A stretch of DNA of 64,000 nt from Proteobacteria bacterium UBA6503 (lineage in GTDB: Bacteria > Pseudomonadota > Alphaproteobacteria > UBA1280 > UBA6503). Below the pieces are notes generated by a model. That model made no database searches, was not told the DNA's origin, and worked only from the letters and a program-made list of their open reading frames with translations. Where the stretch lies: positions 265,743 to 329,742 of the forward strand of contig DJLZ01000005.1 of the NCBI GenBank assembly GCA_002436405.1, in the 5' to 3' direction. This document shows positions 45,326-54,777 of the stretch, piece by piece (positions within the stretch are counted from its first letter, which is position 1; the number at the start of each line of letters is the position of its first letter). The translations under genes were made by a program, and so were the position numbers.

Positions 45326-46262
45326 ATGAGCAAAGATCTTAAAAAAGAAACCCCCGATGTTCAGCATGATCATTCAATCGAAGATCTGCTGACCGGGGGT
45401 TCTTTTGATGAACCACCAAAGCGCACCATTGGTGGGCGCATTGTCGCGTTCATTAAACTAAACCTCTTTGCGGGTATTGTGGTGCTTGCCCCACTTGTGG
45501 TGACCCTTTGGCTTTTCAAAACACTTGTGATTGCTGTTGATGACTACCTGCTTAGCTTCATACCTGCGCAATACCACCTAAACAACGTTATTTATAACCA
45601 CTTTAATGTGATTATACCTGTTGACCCTCATGGCCTAGGCTTACTAGGTGGGGTGGTCTTCCTTGTGATTGTGGGCCTATTGGTGCGTAACATCTTTGGC
45701 CGTACACTGCTTAACTGGGGCGAGCGTGTTCTAAGCCGCATTCCTGGTGTAAGTGCCGTTTATAACTCGGTAAAGCAAATCACTGAAACCATTACGGCTT
45801 CAAACTCAAAGTCATTCCGTAAAGTTGTGATGGTTGAATACCCACGTAAGGGTATTTGGGCTGTGGGCTTTGTTTCTGGTACGACCCAAGGCCAAGCGCA
45901 AAACAAGATTGATAAGAAGCTGGTAAACGTTTTCTTGCCAACAACGCCAAACCCAACATCGGGCTTTTTGTTGTTCTTCCCTGAGGAAGACCTGATTGAA
46001 CTTGATATGACCGTTGACCAAGGCCTGAAGATGATTATCTCAGCTGGTATTGTGACGCCAACCAAAGCCGAAGGTTTGGCTGCGCTGAAGAAACAAAAAC
46101 AAGCGCAAGCCCATGCCGCTGCGCTTGAAAAAGCAGAAGCTGCAAAGGCTGATGCAAAAGCTGCCAAAAAAAGAACCAAAGCAACACGAAGTTGCTGAAG
46201 TGGCTAAGCCAAAGAAAGTAGCTAAAAAGGCTCCGAAGAAGACAACTAAGAAAAAGTCTTAA
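45326..46262 (+). CDS. DUF502 (COG2928) membrane protein with lysine-rich tail; apparent -1/+1 frame break in an A7 tract at 46166-46172
   Basis: The DUF502 core includes RIPGVSAVYNSVKQI. In the window the frame ends at 46198, but removing one A from the A7 run yields a continuous K/A-rich tail to the TAA at 46260-46262. Confidence 0.55.
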
Positions 46263-46267
46263 TTCTG

Positions 46268-46765
46268 ATGAACTCGACTCGTCAGCCATTTCAGGTTCTG
46301 GTTTTCCCATACACAACCGATAATAACGGTGAATATAAGTTTGCACTTTTTCAACGTTCAGATGAATACTACTGGCAAGGCATTGCTGGTGGTGGCGAGC
46401 ATAATGAAAAACCAATAGATGCCGCCAGCCGCGAAGCTTTTGAAGAGGCTGCAATTAGTGGCGAGATATTAGAGTTGGTTTCTACGGCTAACCTCCCGGC
46501 GCCTGCTGTGGCTGGTTTTTTGTGGGGAGAGGGTGTATTTATCATCCCTGAGTATTCGTTTGGCATAGCTGTTAATGCAGATGCTCCGATTAAAATCTCT
46601 AGAGAGCATACAACCTATCAATGGTTCACGTTTGGTGAGGCTATTGAAAAACTAAAGTGGGACAGTAATAAAACAGCCCTTTGGGAGTTGAGCTATAGGC
46701 TTACCCATAACGGTATTGACGGGTACCACAACCGGAAACTTATTCAGAGTTTTAGCCAGACTTAA
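46268..46765 (+). CDS. NUDIX hydrolase
   Basis: Nudix box GGGEHNEKPIDAASREAFEEAAI. Confidence 0.7.
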   Translation: MNSTRQPFQVLVFPYTTDNNGEYKFALFQRSDEYYWQGIAGGGEHNEKPIDAASREAFEEAAISGEILELVSTANLPAPAVAGFLWGEGVFIIPEYSFGIAVNADAPIKISREHTTYQWFTFGEAIEKLKWDSNKTALWELSYRLTHNGIDGYHNRKLIQSFSQT

Positions 46766-48722
46766 TCAAAGTCGCGGCCTCGTGGCGGTTGAATATCTCT
46801 AACAGAAAATCCAAGTTTGCTTTTTGCTCGTCACTCATGGGTTGGGCCATAAAGCGCTGGGCCACTTCACGCGCTTCTTGAATAAGCTCTTTATCCGATT
46901 CAAGGTTGGCGACTTTGGTCAGCCAGTGGCCAGCTTGTTGCGTGCCTAATGCTTCACCTGGGCCTCGAAGGTCTAGGTCTTTTTCAGCGATAATAAAGCC
47001 GTCGTCCGTATCACGCATCACTTGTAGGCGCTGAGTACTAAAGTGCCCAAGTGGTGGGGCATATAGCAAAATACAGTGCGACTTATCAGACCCACGGCCC
47101 ACACGGCCACGCAGCTGGTGCAGCTGGCTTAGGCCAAAACGTTCGGCATGTTCAATAATCATGGTGGTGGCTTGAGGGACGTCAATACCAACCTCAATCA
47201 CGGTGGTGGCCACCATAATCATGTATTTGCCGGCTTTAAAGTCGGCCATAACTTCTTCTTTTTCCGCAGGCTTCATGCGGCCATGCAGCAGCACAACTTG
47301 GTCGCCGTAGCGTTGTTGCAGTTGCTCAAAGCGTTGGGTAGCGGCGGCAAGGTCGCTCTTTTCACTTTCTTCAACCAGTGGGCATACCCAGTAGGCTTGT
47401 TCGCCTAGGTTAATCACACGCTCTAAAGCTTCAACCATTTGGCCAATCTTCTCAGTGGCCATCACTGTTGTATGAATAGGCGTACGGCCTGGTGGTTTTT
47501 CACGAAGGATTGAAATATCCATATCTCCATAAGCAGTCAGTGCCAAAGTGCGGGGGATAGGCGTTGCCGTCATCACCAGTACATCAGGCGTGAGGCCTTT
47601 ATCTGATAGGGCCAAACGTTGGCGCACACCAAAGCGGTGTTGTTCATCAATAATGGCCAAGCTTAGGCGGTTAAAGTTTACCTTTTTCTGGATAAGGGCA
47701 TGGGTACCAAACACAACCTGAATCTCGCCCGATTCAATCGCCGCAGTAATTGGCTTACGTTCAGCCGCCTTCATTTTACCTGTAAGCAGCGCACACTTAA
47801 TGCCTAAAGGCTCAAGCATCTTTTGGGCGTTTAGGTAGTGTTGGGTTGCCAAAATTTCAGTCGGGGCCATCATCGCAACTTGGTAGCCACCAGCAACAGC
47901 ACGCACAGCGGCGGCAAATGCAACAACGGTTTTACCCGCACCCACATCACCCTGCAGCAAGCGCAGCATAGGGGTAGGGCGCATCATGTCTTCATCAATT
48001 TCGAGGATGACCTTTTTCTGGTCGCCCGTAAGTTCAAAAGGTAGCGTTTCAAGCATCTTATGGCGCAAGTCCATAGCTGGTGGGTGTGCGACACCTGTTT
48101 TAACGGCCACGTGTTTACGGGCACGAATAAGGCCAATTTGCCATGCTAGCATTTCGTCAAAGGCAAGGCGTTGGCGGGCAGGGCCTTCGTGTTCAATATC
48201 GTCAGGGTCTTGCGGTTTATGGATGGTATGCAAGGCTTCGGCAAAGCTTGGCCAGCCTTTGTTTTTACGTAGCTCATCAGGTAGCCATTCGTTATGGCAG
48301 CGCACGTCAGCATTCATGGTCGCCATGGCAACGGCAACGGCTTTACTGGCGGTGGCTTGGGTCACGCCTGCCGTCAGTGGGTATGTTGTCCAGATGCGGG
48401 CAACGGTATTAGGCTGCATACTAGCGGGGAAGCTCTCAGGGTGGAGGATCTGCTTTTCAGTTAGCATAGCCTCAACCTTGCCAGATACATAAACCTCAGA
48501 CCCTACCGGGAATTTCTTTTCAATCCATTTACCTGCATTAAAAAAGGCGAGCTCAAGGTGGCCTGTGGCGTCTTCGGTATCAATCTTCCAAGGTGACTTG
48601 CGGTAACGTGGACTAGGAGTATGACCTAGCACTTTAACCTTAATGGTGCAAAGCTTCCCTGCCTCAGCTTCGGCTACGGTGCACAGGTTACGGCGGTCAA
48701 TACAGCCTGTTGGTAGGTGCAA
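46752..48722 (-). CDS. recG: ATP-dependent DNA helicase RecG
   Basis: 656 aa with an N-terminal wedge/OB domain and helicase motifs (GDVGAGKT, DEQHRFG). Confidence 0.9.
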   Translation of the reverse strand: MHLPTGCIDRRNLCTVAEAEAGKLCTIKVKVLGHTPSPRYRKSPWKIDTEDATGHLELAFFNAGKWIEKKFPVGSEVYVSGKVEAMLTEKQILHPESFPASMQPNTVARIWTTYPLTAGVTQATASKAVAVAMATMNADVRCHNEWLPDELRKNKGWPSFAEALHTIHKPQDPDDIEHEGPARQRLAFDEMLAWQIGLIRARKHVAVKTGVAHPPAMDLRHKMLETLPFELTGDQKKVILEIDEDMMRPTPMLRLLQGDVGAGKTVVAFAAAVRAVAGGYQVAMMAPTEILATQHYLNAQKMLEPLGIKCALLTGKMKAAERKPITAAIESGEIQVVFGTHALIQKKVNFNRLSLAIIDEQHRFGVRQRLALSDKGLTPDVLVMTATPIPRTLALTAYGDMDISILREKPPGRTPIHTTVMATEKIGQMVEALERVINLGEQAYWVCPLVEESEKSDLAAATQRFEQLQQRYGDQVVLLHGRMKPAEKEEVMADFKAGKYMIMVATTVIEVGIDVPQATTMIIEHAERFGLSQLHQLRGRVGRGSDKSHCILLYAPPLGHFSTQRLQVMRDTDDGFIIAEKDLDLRGPGEALGTQQAGHWLTKVANLESDKELIQEAREVAQRFMAQPMSDEQKANLDFLLEIFNRHEAATLIKSG

Positions 48723-48859
48723 GGCAATATCAGCATAGCGAGGACCACATAGCGAACGTACCCGGGCTGATAGTTTTTCGCCGATACCGGGGATCGTTTC
48801 AAAAATGTCGGTGAATTGATTAAGCGAGGCCAGTTTTCCTGTTCCCTGATGTATTCTTC

Positions 48860-49138
48860 TTGTATTCTTTAGTTCAGCGAATTATACACGATACTATGCA
48901 TACCGAGAGACTTAAAAAACAAATTTTCTTTCGTTCACGCCGTGGGCTGAAAGAAACCGATATGATTTTCACCCGCTTTTTGAAGAACGGGCTGGATGAC
49001 TATTCTGAAAAACAGCTTGAAGATATTGCAGCCCTTATGGAACTACCCGACCAAACGCTACTAGGTTGGTTTGTTGACGGTAAGCCCGTACCCGCTGAAT
49101 ACCAAGCCACTTACCAGATGGTAAAAGAGGCTCAGTAA
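48860..49138 (+). CDS. sdhE: FAD assembly factor SdhE (DUF339/YgfY)
   Basis: RRGLKETDMIFTRFLK...LLGWF motif. It lies between recG and mfd as in many alphaproteobacteria. Confidence 0.7.
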   Translation: MYSLVQRIIHDTMHTERLKKQIFFRSRRGLKETDMIFTRFLKNGLDDYSEKQLEDIAALMELPDQTLLGWFVDGKPVPAEYQATYQMVKEAQ

Positions 49139-49139
49139 G

Positions 49140-52100
49140 ATGAGCCAGAAATTTCAGGCATTCATCAAAAAGCTAAAGCAGGGCGACCATGCCCAGCTTA
49201 AGCACATTGACGACCATACCCTCCCATTTTTGGTGGCTGACGCTGCGGCCGAAGCTAAAAAACACGGTAATGGTGCAACGGTTCTTGTGGCCTCAAACCA
49301 CAGCCAAATGACTGAATTTACAAATATTCTTCGCTTTATTGCCCCACAGCTAACGGTATTGCCATTCCCCGCGTGGGACGTGCAGCCTTATGATCGTTTA
49401 TCAGCCGATGCTGATGTACAAGCCCAGCGTATGCGTGTGCTTTCGGCGTTGCGCCGTGCCACCCAAGGCCTTGTGATTGTGACTACGGTAGGGGCGATGG
49501 CTACCAAAGTGCCACCTGAAAAGCATATTGGCCTAAGCTTGCAACTTAAAGCAGGCCAACAAGTGAACCGCGACAAACTTGTAACTGAGATGACCGAAGC
49601 TGGCTACCGCCGTGTGAACACCGTGATGGAAGCGGGCGAGTTTGCAGTACGTGGTGCGCTGATGGATATCTTCCCAAGTTCAGCGGCAAATCCCATCCGC
49701 CTTGATTTTTTTGATAATGACCTTGAGGAAATCCAAACTTTTGACCCTGCCTCGCAGCGCAGTATTGATAAGGTGAATGCGATAGATCTTTTCCCCGCGT
49801 CAGAGGTTGTGCTTTCTGAAGAGGCTATTAGCCAGTTTAGAACGTCATACCGTTCAAACTTCCCACAAGGGATGAAAGACCCACTGTATGTTGATATTTC
49901 AGAAGGGCGCAGCAGCCCTTCGATGGGGCATTATTTGCCACTATTTTACCCTGAAGCGCTAAGTACGCTAGCCAGCTTCCTGCCTGATGAAACCACGTTC
50001 TTTGGTTTATCGTCATTCACCCGTGCTAAAACATTGTGGGATGAACAAGTGCGTGATGCTTATGAGGCCCGTAAAGAAATTGAAGACCTTTCAAACGATG
50101 AAGAGCCTTACCGCCCGCTGCCACCCGAACTGCTATACGTCACGGGTAATGGCTGGGATGACTTGCTTGATAGGGGCAAATGGCTATTCGCAAGCTTTGA
50201 GGATAAAGGCGAGGGCAAAGCCTTTGACCCCGCGCTAGAGTCACACCTCACTTTAGCTAGCCAAAAAACAGCTGATAAAACCATTGCCAAACTGCTGGCT
50301 GAAAAAGTACGTAAGCAAGGTACAGCAGGTGGTACGGTTGTTATTTCAGCATTCTCACTTTCATCGATTGAGCGCATTAAGCGTATTCTGCAGGAAGAAG
50401 GCATTCATGGCTTTGCCTCGTACGAGTACTGGCCAGAAGAGTTTGATAAGAAACTGGTAAACCTTGTTGTAAGCCCTGTGACTTGGGGTTTTACCGATAA
50501 CGAAAAGCAAGTATTGCTGTTTACCGAGCAAGACATCTTCGGTGAAAAACAGAATACCTCAGCCAAGCGCCCACGCCGTAAAGCGGAAGAGATGATTCAT
50601 CACTTTAGTGACCTGAACCCGGGTGACCTTGTTGTTCACGCCGAACACGGCATTGGTAAGTTTGTTGACCTGCGTACAATGGAAACAGGTGGGCAAAAGC
50701 AGGATTACATCTGCCTTGAGTATGATAAGGGCGATAAGCTTTACGTCCCCGTTGTAGCGCTTGACCTTTTAAGCCGTTACAGTAGCGAAGAAACCGCAGG
50801 CTCTAAGGTTGATCGCCTAGGCGGTGCCGCATGGCAAGCCCGTAAAGCGAAGGTGAAAAAGCGCCTGCTTGATATGGCCGAAGACCTTATTAAAACAGCG
50901 GCCCAACGTGCCCAGCGCACACGCCCGCCATACCAAAAACCCGAAGGACTGTATGACGAGTTTTGTGCAGGCTTCCCGTATGTGCCAACACCTGAGCAAC
51001 AACAAGCCATTGATGACGTAGAGTCTGACCTATTTAGTGGCCAACCGATGGACCGCTTGGTTGTAGGTGATGTAGGCTTTGGTAAGACCGAGGTTGCCCT
51101 ACGTGCTGCGTTTGTTGCAGCGGCTGATGGTCGTCAGGTTGCTGTGGTGGTGCCAACAACGCTACTAGCCCGTCAGCACTACCTTGAATTTAAGCGCCGC
51201 TTTGCCGGTATGCCTATTAACGTTAAAGGCCTAAGCCGCCTAACTGCAGGTAAAGAAGCCAAAGAAGTTAAAGAAGGGCTTAAGAAGGGGACGGTTGATA
51301 TCGTCGTCGGGACCCATGCCATCTTAAGTAAGAGTATTGAGTTTAATAACCTTGGCCTTGTTGTGATTGATGAAGAGCAACGCTTTGGTGTGGCCCATAA
51401 AGAACGTATGAAAGAGCTTCGCTCAACAGTAGACGTGCTTACCCTTACGGCAACACCAATCCCCCGTACGTTGCATATGTCAATGAGTGGTCTAAAAGAA
51501 CTCTCAACCATTACAACGCCACCTGTTGACCGTTTGGCCATCCGTACCTTTATGATGGGCTTTGATAGTAAGGTTATCCGTGAGGCTATCCAACGTGAGA
51601 TACACCGTAATGGGCAAGTATATGTTGTGACCCCACGTGTCAACGGTATGAACAGTCTTGCACAAAAACTGCGTGAGCTTGTACCTGAAGCAAAAATCCG
51701 TACAGCCCATGGGCAAATGGATAAGAGTAGCCTAGAGAACATTATGTCGGATTTCTATGACGGGAAGTTTAACGTACTGGTAGCCACAACTATTATTGAG
51801 TCAGGCCTAGATGTGCCTACTGCGAACACAATGATTGTGCATCGCTCAGATAGTTTTGGCCTAGCGCAGCTTTACCAGCTACGTGGGCGCGTAGGCCGTG
51901 GTAAGACCCGTGCTTATGCATACTTACTTATCCCACCTGGTGGCCGTATGACAGAAGACGCCCATAAGAGATTACAAATCCTCAGTAAGCTAGACCATAT
52001 TGGCGCAGGCTTTAGTTTGGCAAGCTTTGATATGGACCTACGCGGGCCGGGGAATATCTTGGGGTCAGAGCAAAGTGGCTTTATCCGTGAGGTAGGCTTT

Positions 52101-52637
52101 GAGCTCTATAACCAGATGCTTGCCGATGCTATTAGAAAACGTAAGAGCGGGGAAGGCGACCTAGAAGTAGATGATGCCTTTACTCCAGTGCTTAACCTTG
52201 GCCTAACGTACCGTATCCCAGAAGAGTACGTAGATGACCTTGCAACCCGTATGCGTCTATACCGTCGACTGTCATCACTCTCGTCAGTAGAAGATGTTAC
52301 AGATATGCAGAACGAGCTTATTGACCGTTTTGGTAAATTGCCTCCAGAGGTAGAAGCTTTGTTTAAAGTTGTAGCACTACGGAACAAATGCCGTGAGTTA
52401 AACATTGAAAAGATTGAGACCGGCGATAAAGGTGTACTGATTGGCTTCTATAAGGATACATTTGCTAACCCTGACGGTTTGTTGCATTATATCCTAGCGC
52501 ATCCAGGGGTGATGAGCCTACGTGCAGATCAAAAAGTACTATGGCATCGTCGTTGGCCTGATGGGGTAAGTCGCTTACAGGCTATTGAACGCCTACTTGA
52601 AGAATTTAAAGACCTTGCCGCAAAGAAAGTGGCATAG
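49140..52637 (+). CDS. mfd: Transcription-repair coupling factor Mfd
   Basis: 1165 aa with a UvrB-homology N-terminus, an RNAP-interacting domain, a RecG-like translocase module (GDVGFGKTE, DEEQRFGV) and a TRG motif. Confidence 0.95.
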   Translation: MSQKFQAFIKKLKQGDHAQLKHIDDHTLPFLVADAAAEAKKHGNGATVLVASNHSQMTEFTNILRFIAPQLTVLPFPAWDVQPYDRLSADADVQAQRMRVLSALRRATQGLVIVTTVGAMATKVPPEKHIGLSLQLKAGQQVNRDKLVTEMTEAGYRRVNTVMEAGEFAVRGALMDIFPSSAANPIRLDFFDNDLEEIQTFDPASQRSIDKVNAIDLFPASEVVLSEEAISQFRTSYRSNFPQGMKDPLYVDISEGRSSPSMGHYLPLFYPEALSTLASFLPDETTFFGLSSFTRAKTLWDEQVRDAYEARKEIEDLSNDEEPYRPLPPELLYVTGNGWDDLLDRGKWLFASFEDKGEGKAFDPALESHLTLASQKTADKTIAKLLAEKVRKQGTAGGTVVISAFSLSSIERIKRILQEEGIHGFASYEYWPEEFDKKLVNLVVSPVTWGFTDNEKQVLLFTEQDIFGEKQNTSAKRPRRKAEEMIHHFSDLNPGDLVVHAEHGIGKFVDLRTMETGGQKQDYICLEYDKGDKLYVPVVALDLLSRYSSEETAGSKVDRLGGAAWQARKAKVKKRLLDMAEDLIKTAAQRAQRTRPPYQKPEGLYDEFCAGFPYVPTPEQQQAIDDVESDLFSGQPMDRLVVGDVGFGKTEVALRAAFVAAADGRQVAVVVPTTLLARQHYLEFKRRFAGMPINVKGLSRLTAGKEAKEVKEGLKKGTVDIVVGTHAILSKSIEFNNLGLVVIDEEQRFGVAHKERMKELRSTVDVLTLTATPIPRTLHMSMSGLKELSTITTPPVDRLAIRTFMMGFDSKVIREAIQREIHRNGQVYVVTPRVNGMNSLAQKLRELVPEAKIRTAHGQMDKSSLENIMSDFYDGKFNVLVATTIIESGLDVPTANTMIVHRSDSFGLAQLYQLRGRVGRGKTRAYAYLLIPPGGRMTEDAHKRLQILSKLDHIGAGFSLASFDMDLRGPGNILGSEQSGFIREVGFELYNQMLADAIRKRKSGEGDLEVDDAFTPVLNLGLTYRIPEEYVDDLATRMRLYRRLSSLSSVEDVTDMQNELIDRFGKLPPEVEALFKVVALRNKCRELNIEKIETGDKGVLIGFYKDTFANPDGLLHYILAHPGVMSLRADQKVLWHRRWPDGVSRLQAIERLLEEFKDLAAKKVA

Positions 52638-52646
52638 AGAGTTATT

Positions 52647-53117
52647 ATGGCTAAGAAGAAAAAGAAACCCGAAAATTCGATTACCGAAAACCGTAAAGCA
52701 CGGTTTAACTACGAGATTATTGATACCTACGAAGCGGGTATCATGCTTATTGGTAGTGAGGTAAAGGCCCTACGTGAAGGTAAAGGTAACCTTGACGATT
52801 GTTACGGCGTTTTTAAAGACGATGAGCTTTACCTAATGAACAGCTACATTGGCGAGTATTCACACGCCAGTGTTTTGCCACACGAAGACCGCCGCACCCG
52901 TAAGCTGCTTTTGCATAAGCGCGAACTTGCCGAACTTAAAATGGCTCGCGAGCGTGAAGGCCTAACACTTATCCCGCTACGCCTATACTGGAAGAGCGGT
53001 AAAGTAAAAGTTGCCCTTGGTGTGTGTAAGGGTAAGAAGAAGCACGATAAACGCGATACCCAAAAAGACCGTGATTGGCAGCGTAGCCGCCATCGTATCC
53101 TAAAGCAGGGTGTGTAA
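52647..53117 (+). CDS. smpB: SsrA-binding protein SmpB
   Basis: 156 aa. ENRKARFNYEI...GSEVKALR are canonical SmpB motifs, followed by a basic C-terminal tail. Confidence 0.9.
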   Translation: MAKKKKKPENSITENRKARFNYEIIDTYEAGIMLIGSEVKALREGKGNLDDCYGVFKDDELYLMNSYIGEYSHASVLPHEDRRTRKLLLHKRELAELKMAREREGLTLIPLRLYWKSGKVKVALGVCKGKKKHDKRDTQKDRDWQRSRHRILKQGV

Positions 53118-53120
53118 CCT

Positions 53121-53846
53121 ATGGAACGTGTGATTACAGGTCGCCTGCAACTGGCCGAAGCTATCGAGCGCAGCATTGCGGGTATTCCTGATGCGTCAAT
53201 TTCGGTTGTGTTCGTCACGGGTGGCGCTTTAACCGCTGATGATGTTGTAGCCATCCGCGAAGCGACGCGCCTGTGCGATGTTGCCATTACCGTAGCGCTT
53301 GAAAAACCATTGCCGCAGCCTTTTGCTAAAATTGCTTTTGAGGCAGGCGCTGACCTTGTTTACACCCATAAAGCTAAACCAAACCTTGGGGCAGGGTGTA
53401 CAGTGCGCCAAAAAGGTGGCGGGGATATTACACTCTTCCTTGAAGCGCTATTGCTGATTATGCCATCAGCTGTTGTGGTGTCAGACGAAAACCTGAATGT
53501 GCTGCGTATTGTGCGTGCGTTAGAATCGACCTTTAATAACTTCTTTAGCATTGTTGAAACCACAACGCCTGCGGCTATCCTAAGCCAGCGCCAGCAAGAA
53601 CTTACCGCAACCCTTATGTTTGCCCAAGACGTTCTCGATCAAGGTGAGCGCCGAGCACGTGTTGTTATGCAGCAAGTGGTTGAAGCTTTAGAGCAAAATA
53701 ACTTCCGTGAGGTGAAAAACCTCATCCTACTTGATGCTGAGACATTAGCCGAAGTGCAAACAAACGTGCCGAAGCACAGCTTTTTGTATGCTGATGTGAT
53801 TGAAGGCGAGCATACATTCCGTCGTTCAGTAAAACTCAGCGCCTAA
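53121..53846 (+). CDS. Hypothetical protein (241 aa); possible degenerate HIGH-superfamily nucleotidyltransferase-like fold
   Basis: There is a faint resemblance to pantoate-beta-alanine ligase-like alpha/beta proteins (VVFVTGG...DLVY...KDxQ-like spacing), but no HxGH motif. The start is 4 nt after smpB. Confidence 0.35.
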   Translation: MERVITGRLQLAEAIERSIAGIPDASISVVFVTGGALTADDVVAIREATRLCDVAITVALEKPLPQPFAKIAFEAGADLVYTHKAKPNLGAGCTVRQKGGGDITLFLEALLLIMPSAVVVSDENLNVLRIVRALESTFNNFFSIVETTTPAAILSQRQQELTATLMFAQDVLDQGERRARVVMQQVVEALEQNNFREVKNLILLDAETLAEVQTNVPKHSFLYADVIEGEHTFRRSVKLSA

Positions 53847-54156
53847 TTTTTCCTATTTGGGTGCATCTTTTCCTTTTCCTGCCTTACTGCGCTGCTCAGG
53901 TAGGTTGACTACATTCCGCTGCTCGTTGCGTTGAAAAAGAAAAACCTGCATCCAAAACGCTTTGCTTAGAAAAAATAAAGTTTCGACTTTTTGCTTTTTC
54001 TTGAGTTTCTGGGCATTCGGGTGTTGAAATTATCTACCCAATAGATTATATAGGAGTTTGTGCACTAAAATTTAGGGCAGGCCTTATTTTTAGCTAAGGC
54101 ATAAAATTAAAGAGCTAAAACAAGTTTTAATAAAAAGTTTTTTGGAAGGTGTTTTC

Positions 54157-54639
54157 ATGGCCCGCGTTACCGTTGAAGATTGCATTGAAGTTGTAAATAA
54201 CCGTTTCAAACTGGTTTTGATGGCCGCACAACGTGCGCGTGACATCAGCGCTGGTCAAACCCCACTTGTTGACCGCGACAACGACAAGAACACTGTTATC
54301 TCTCTACGTGAAATCGCAGAGCGTTTGGTTGACATGGGCGAGCTTGAAGCACACATCGCACGTGGTGTTAACCGTCGTACTGAAGCCACAAGCGAAGACG
54401 ATATCCTAGCAAGCGTACAATCAGAAGGCTGGTTGACCGAACAACAACTATCAGAAATCACTGATAGCGCTGGTACAACTATCGAAGAGATTACTTACGA
54501 AGCTGGTGAAAAAGACCCTTCAAACGAAGCTGACGACGAAGACGGCGACGAAGACGAAACTGAAGTTGAAGAACCAACTGAAGACGAGTTGAAGTCAATG
54601 GAAGAAGAAAGCAAAGTGGCTGACGCTGCAAACGCTTAA
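54157..54639 (+). CDS. rpoZ: RNA polymerase omega subunit with acidic C-terminal extension
   Basis: [31 protein letters not shown]. It is upstream of spoT. Confidence 0.85.
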   Translation: MARVTVEDCIEVVNNRFKLVLMAAQRARDISAGQTPLVDRDNDKNTVISLREIAERLVDMGELEAHIARGVNRRTEATSEDDILASVQSEGWLTEQQLSEITDSAGTTIEEITYEAGEKDPSNEADDEDGDEDETEVEEPTEDELKSMEEESKVADAANA

Positions 54640-54662
54640 GTTTCTGACTTCGGTAAGAATTG

Positions 54663-54697
54663 AAAAACCTCCGCATTTGCGGAGGTTTTTTGTTTTA
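54663..54697 (+). terminator. Hairpin plus T-run between rpoZ and spoT (partial terminator/attenuator)
   Basis: aaaaacctccgca-tt-tgcggaggttttttgtttt. Confidence 0.5.
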
Positions 54698-54777
54698 GTA
54701 CGCTAAGCAATGTGGCACAATTAAACCCTCACAATAAGGCCAATAAGACTAATTTTTTGAAGTAACTGCACCAAGCA

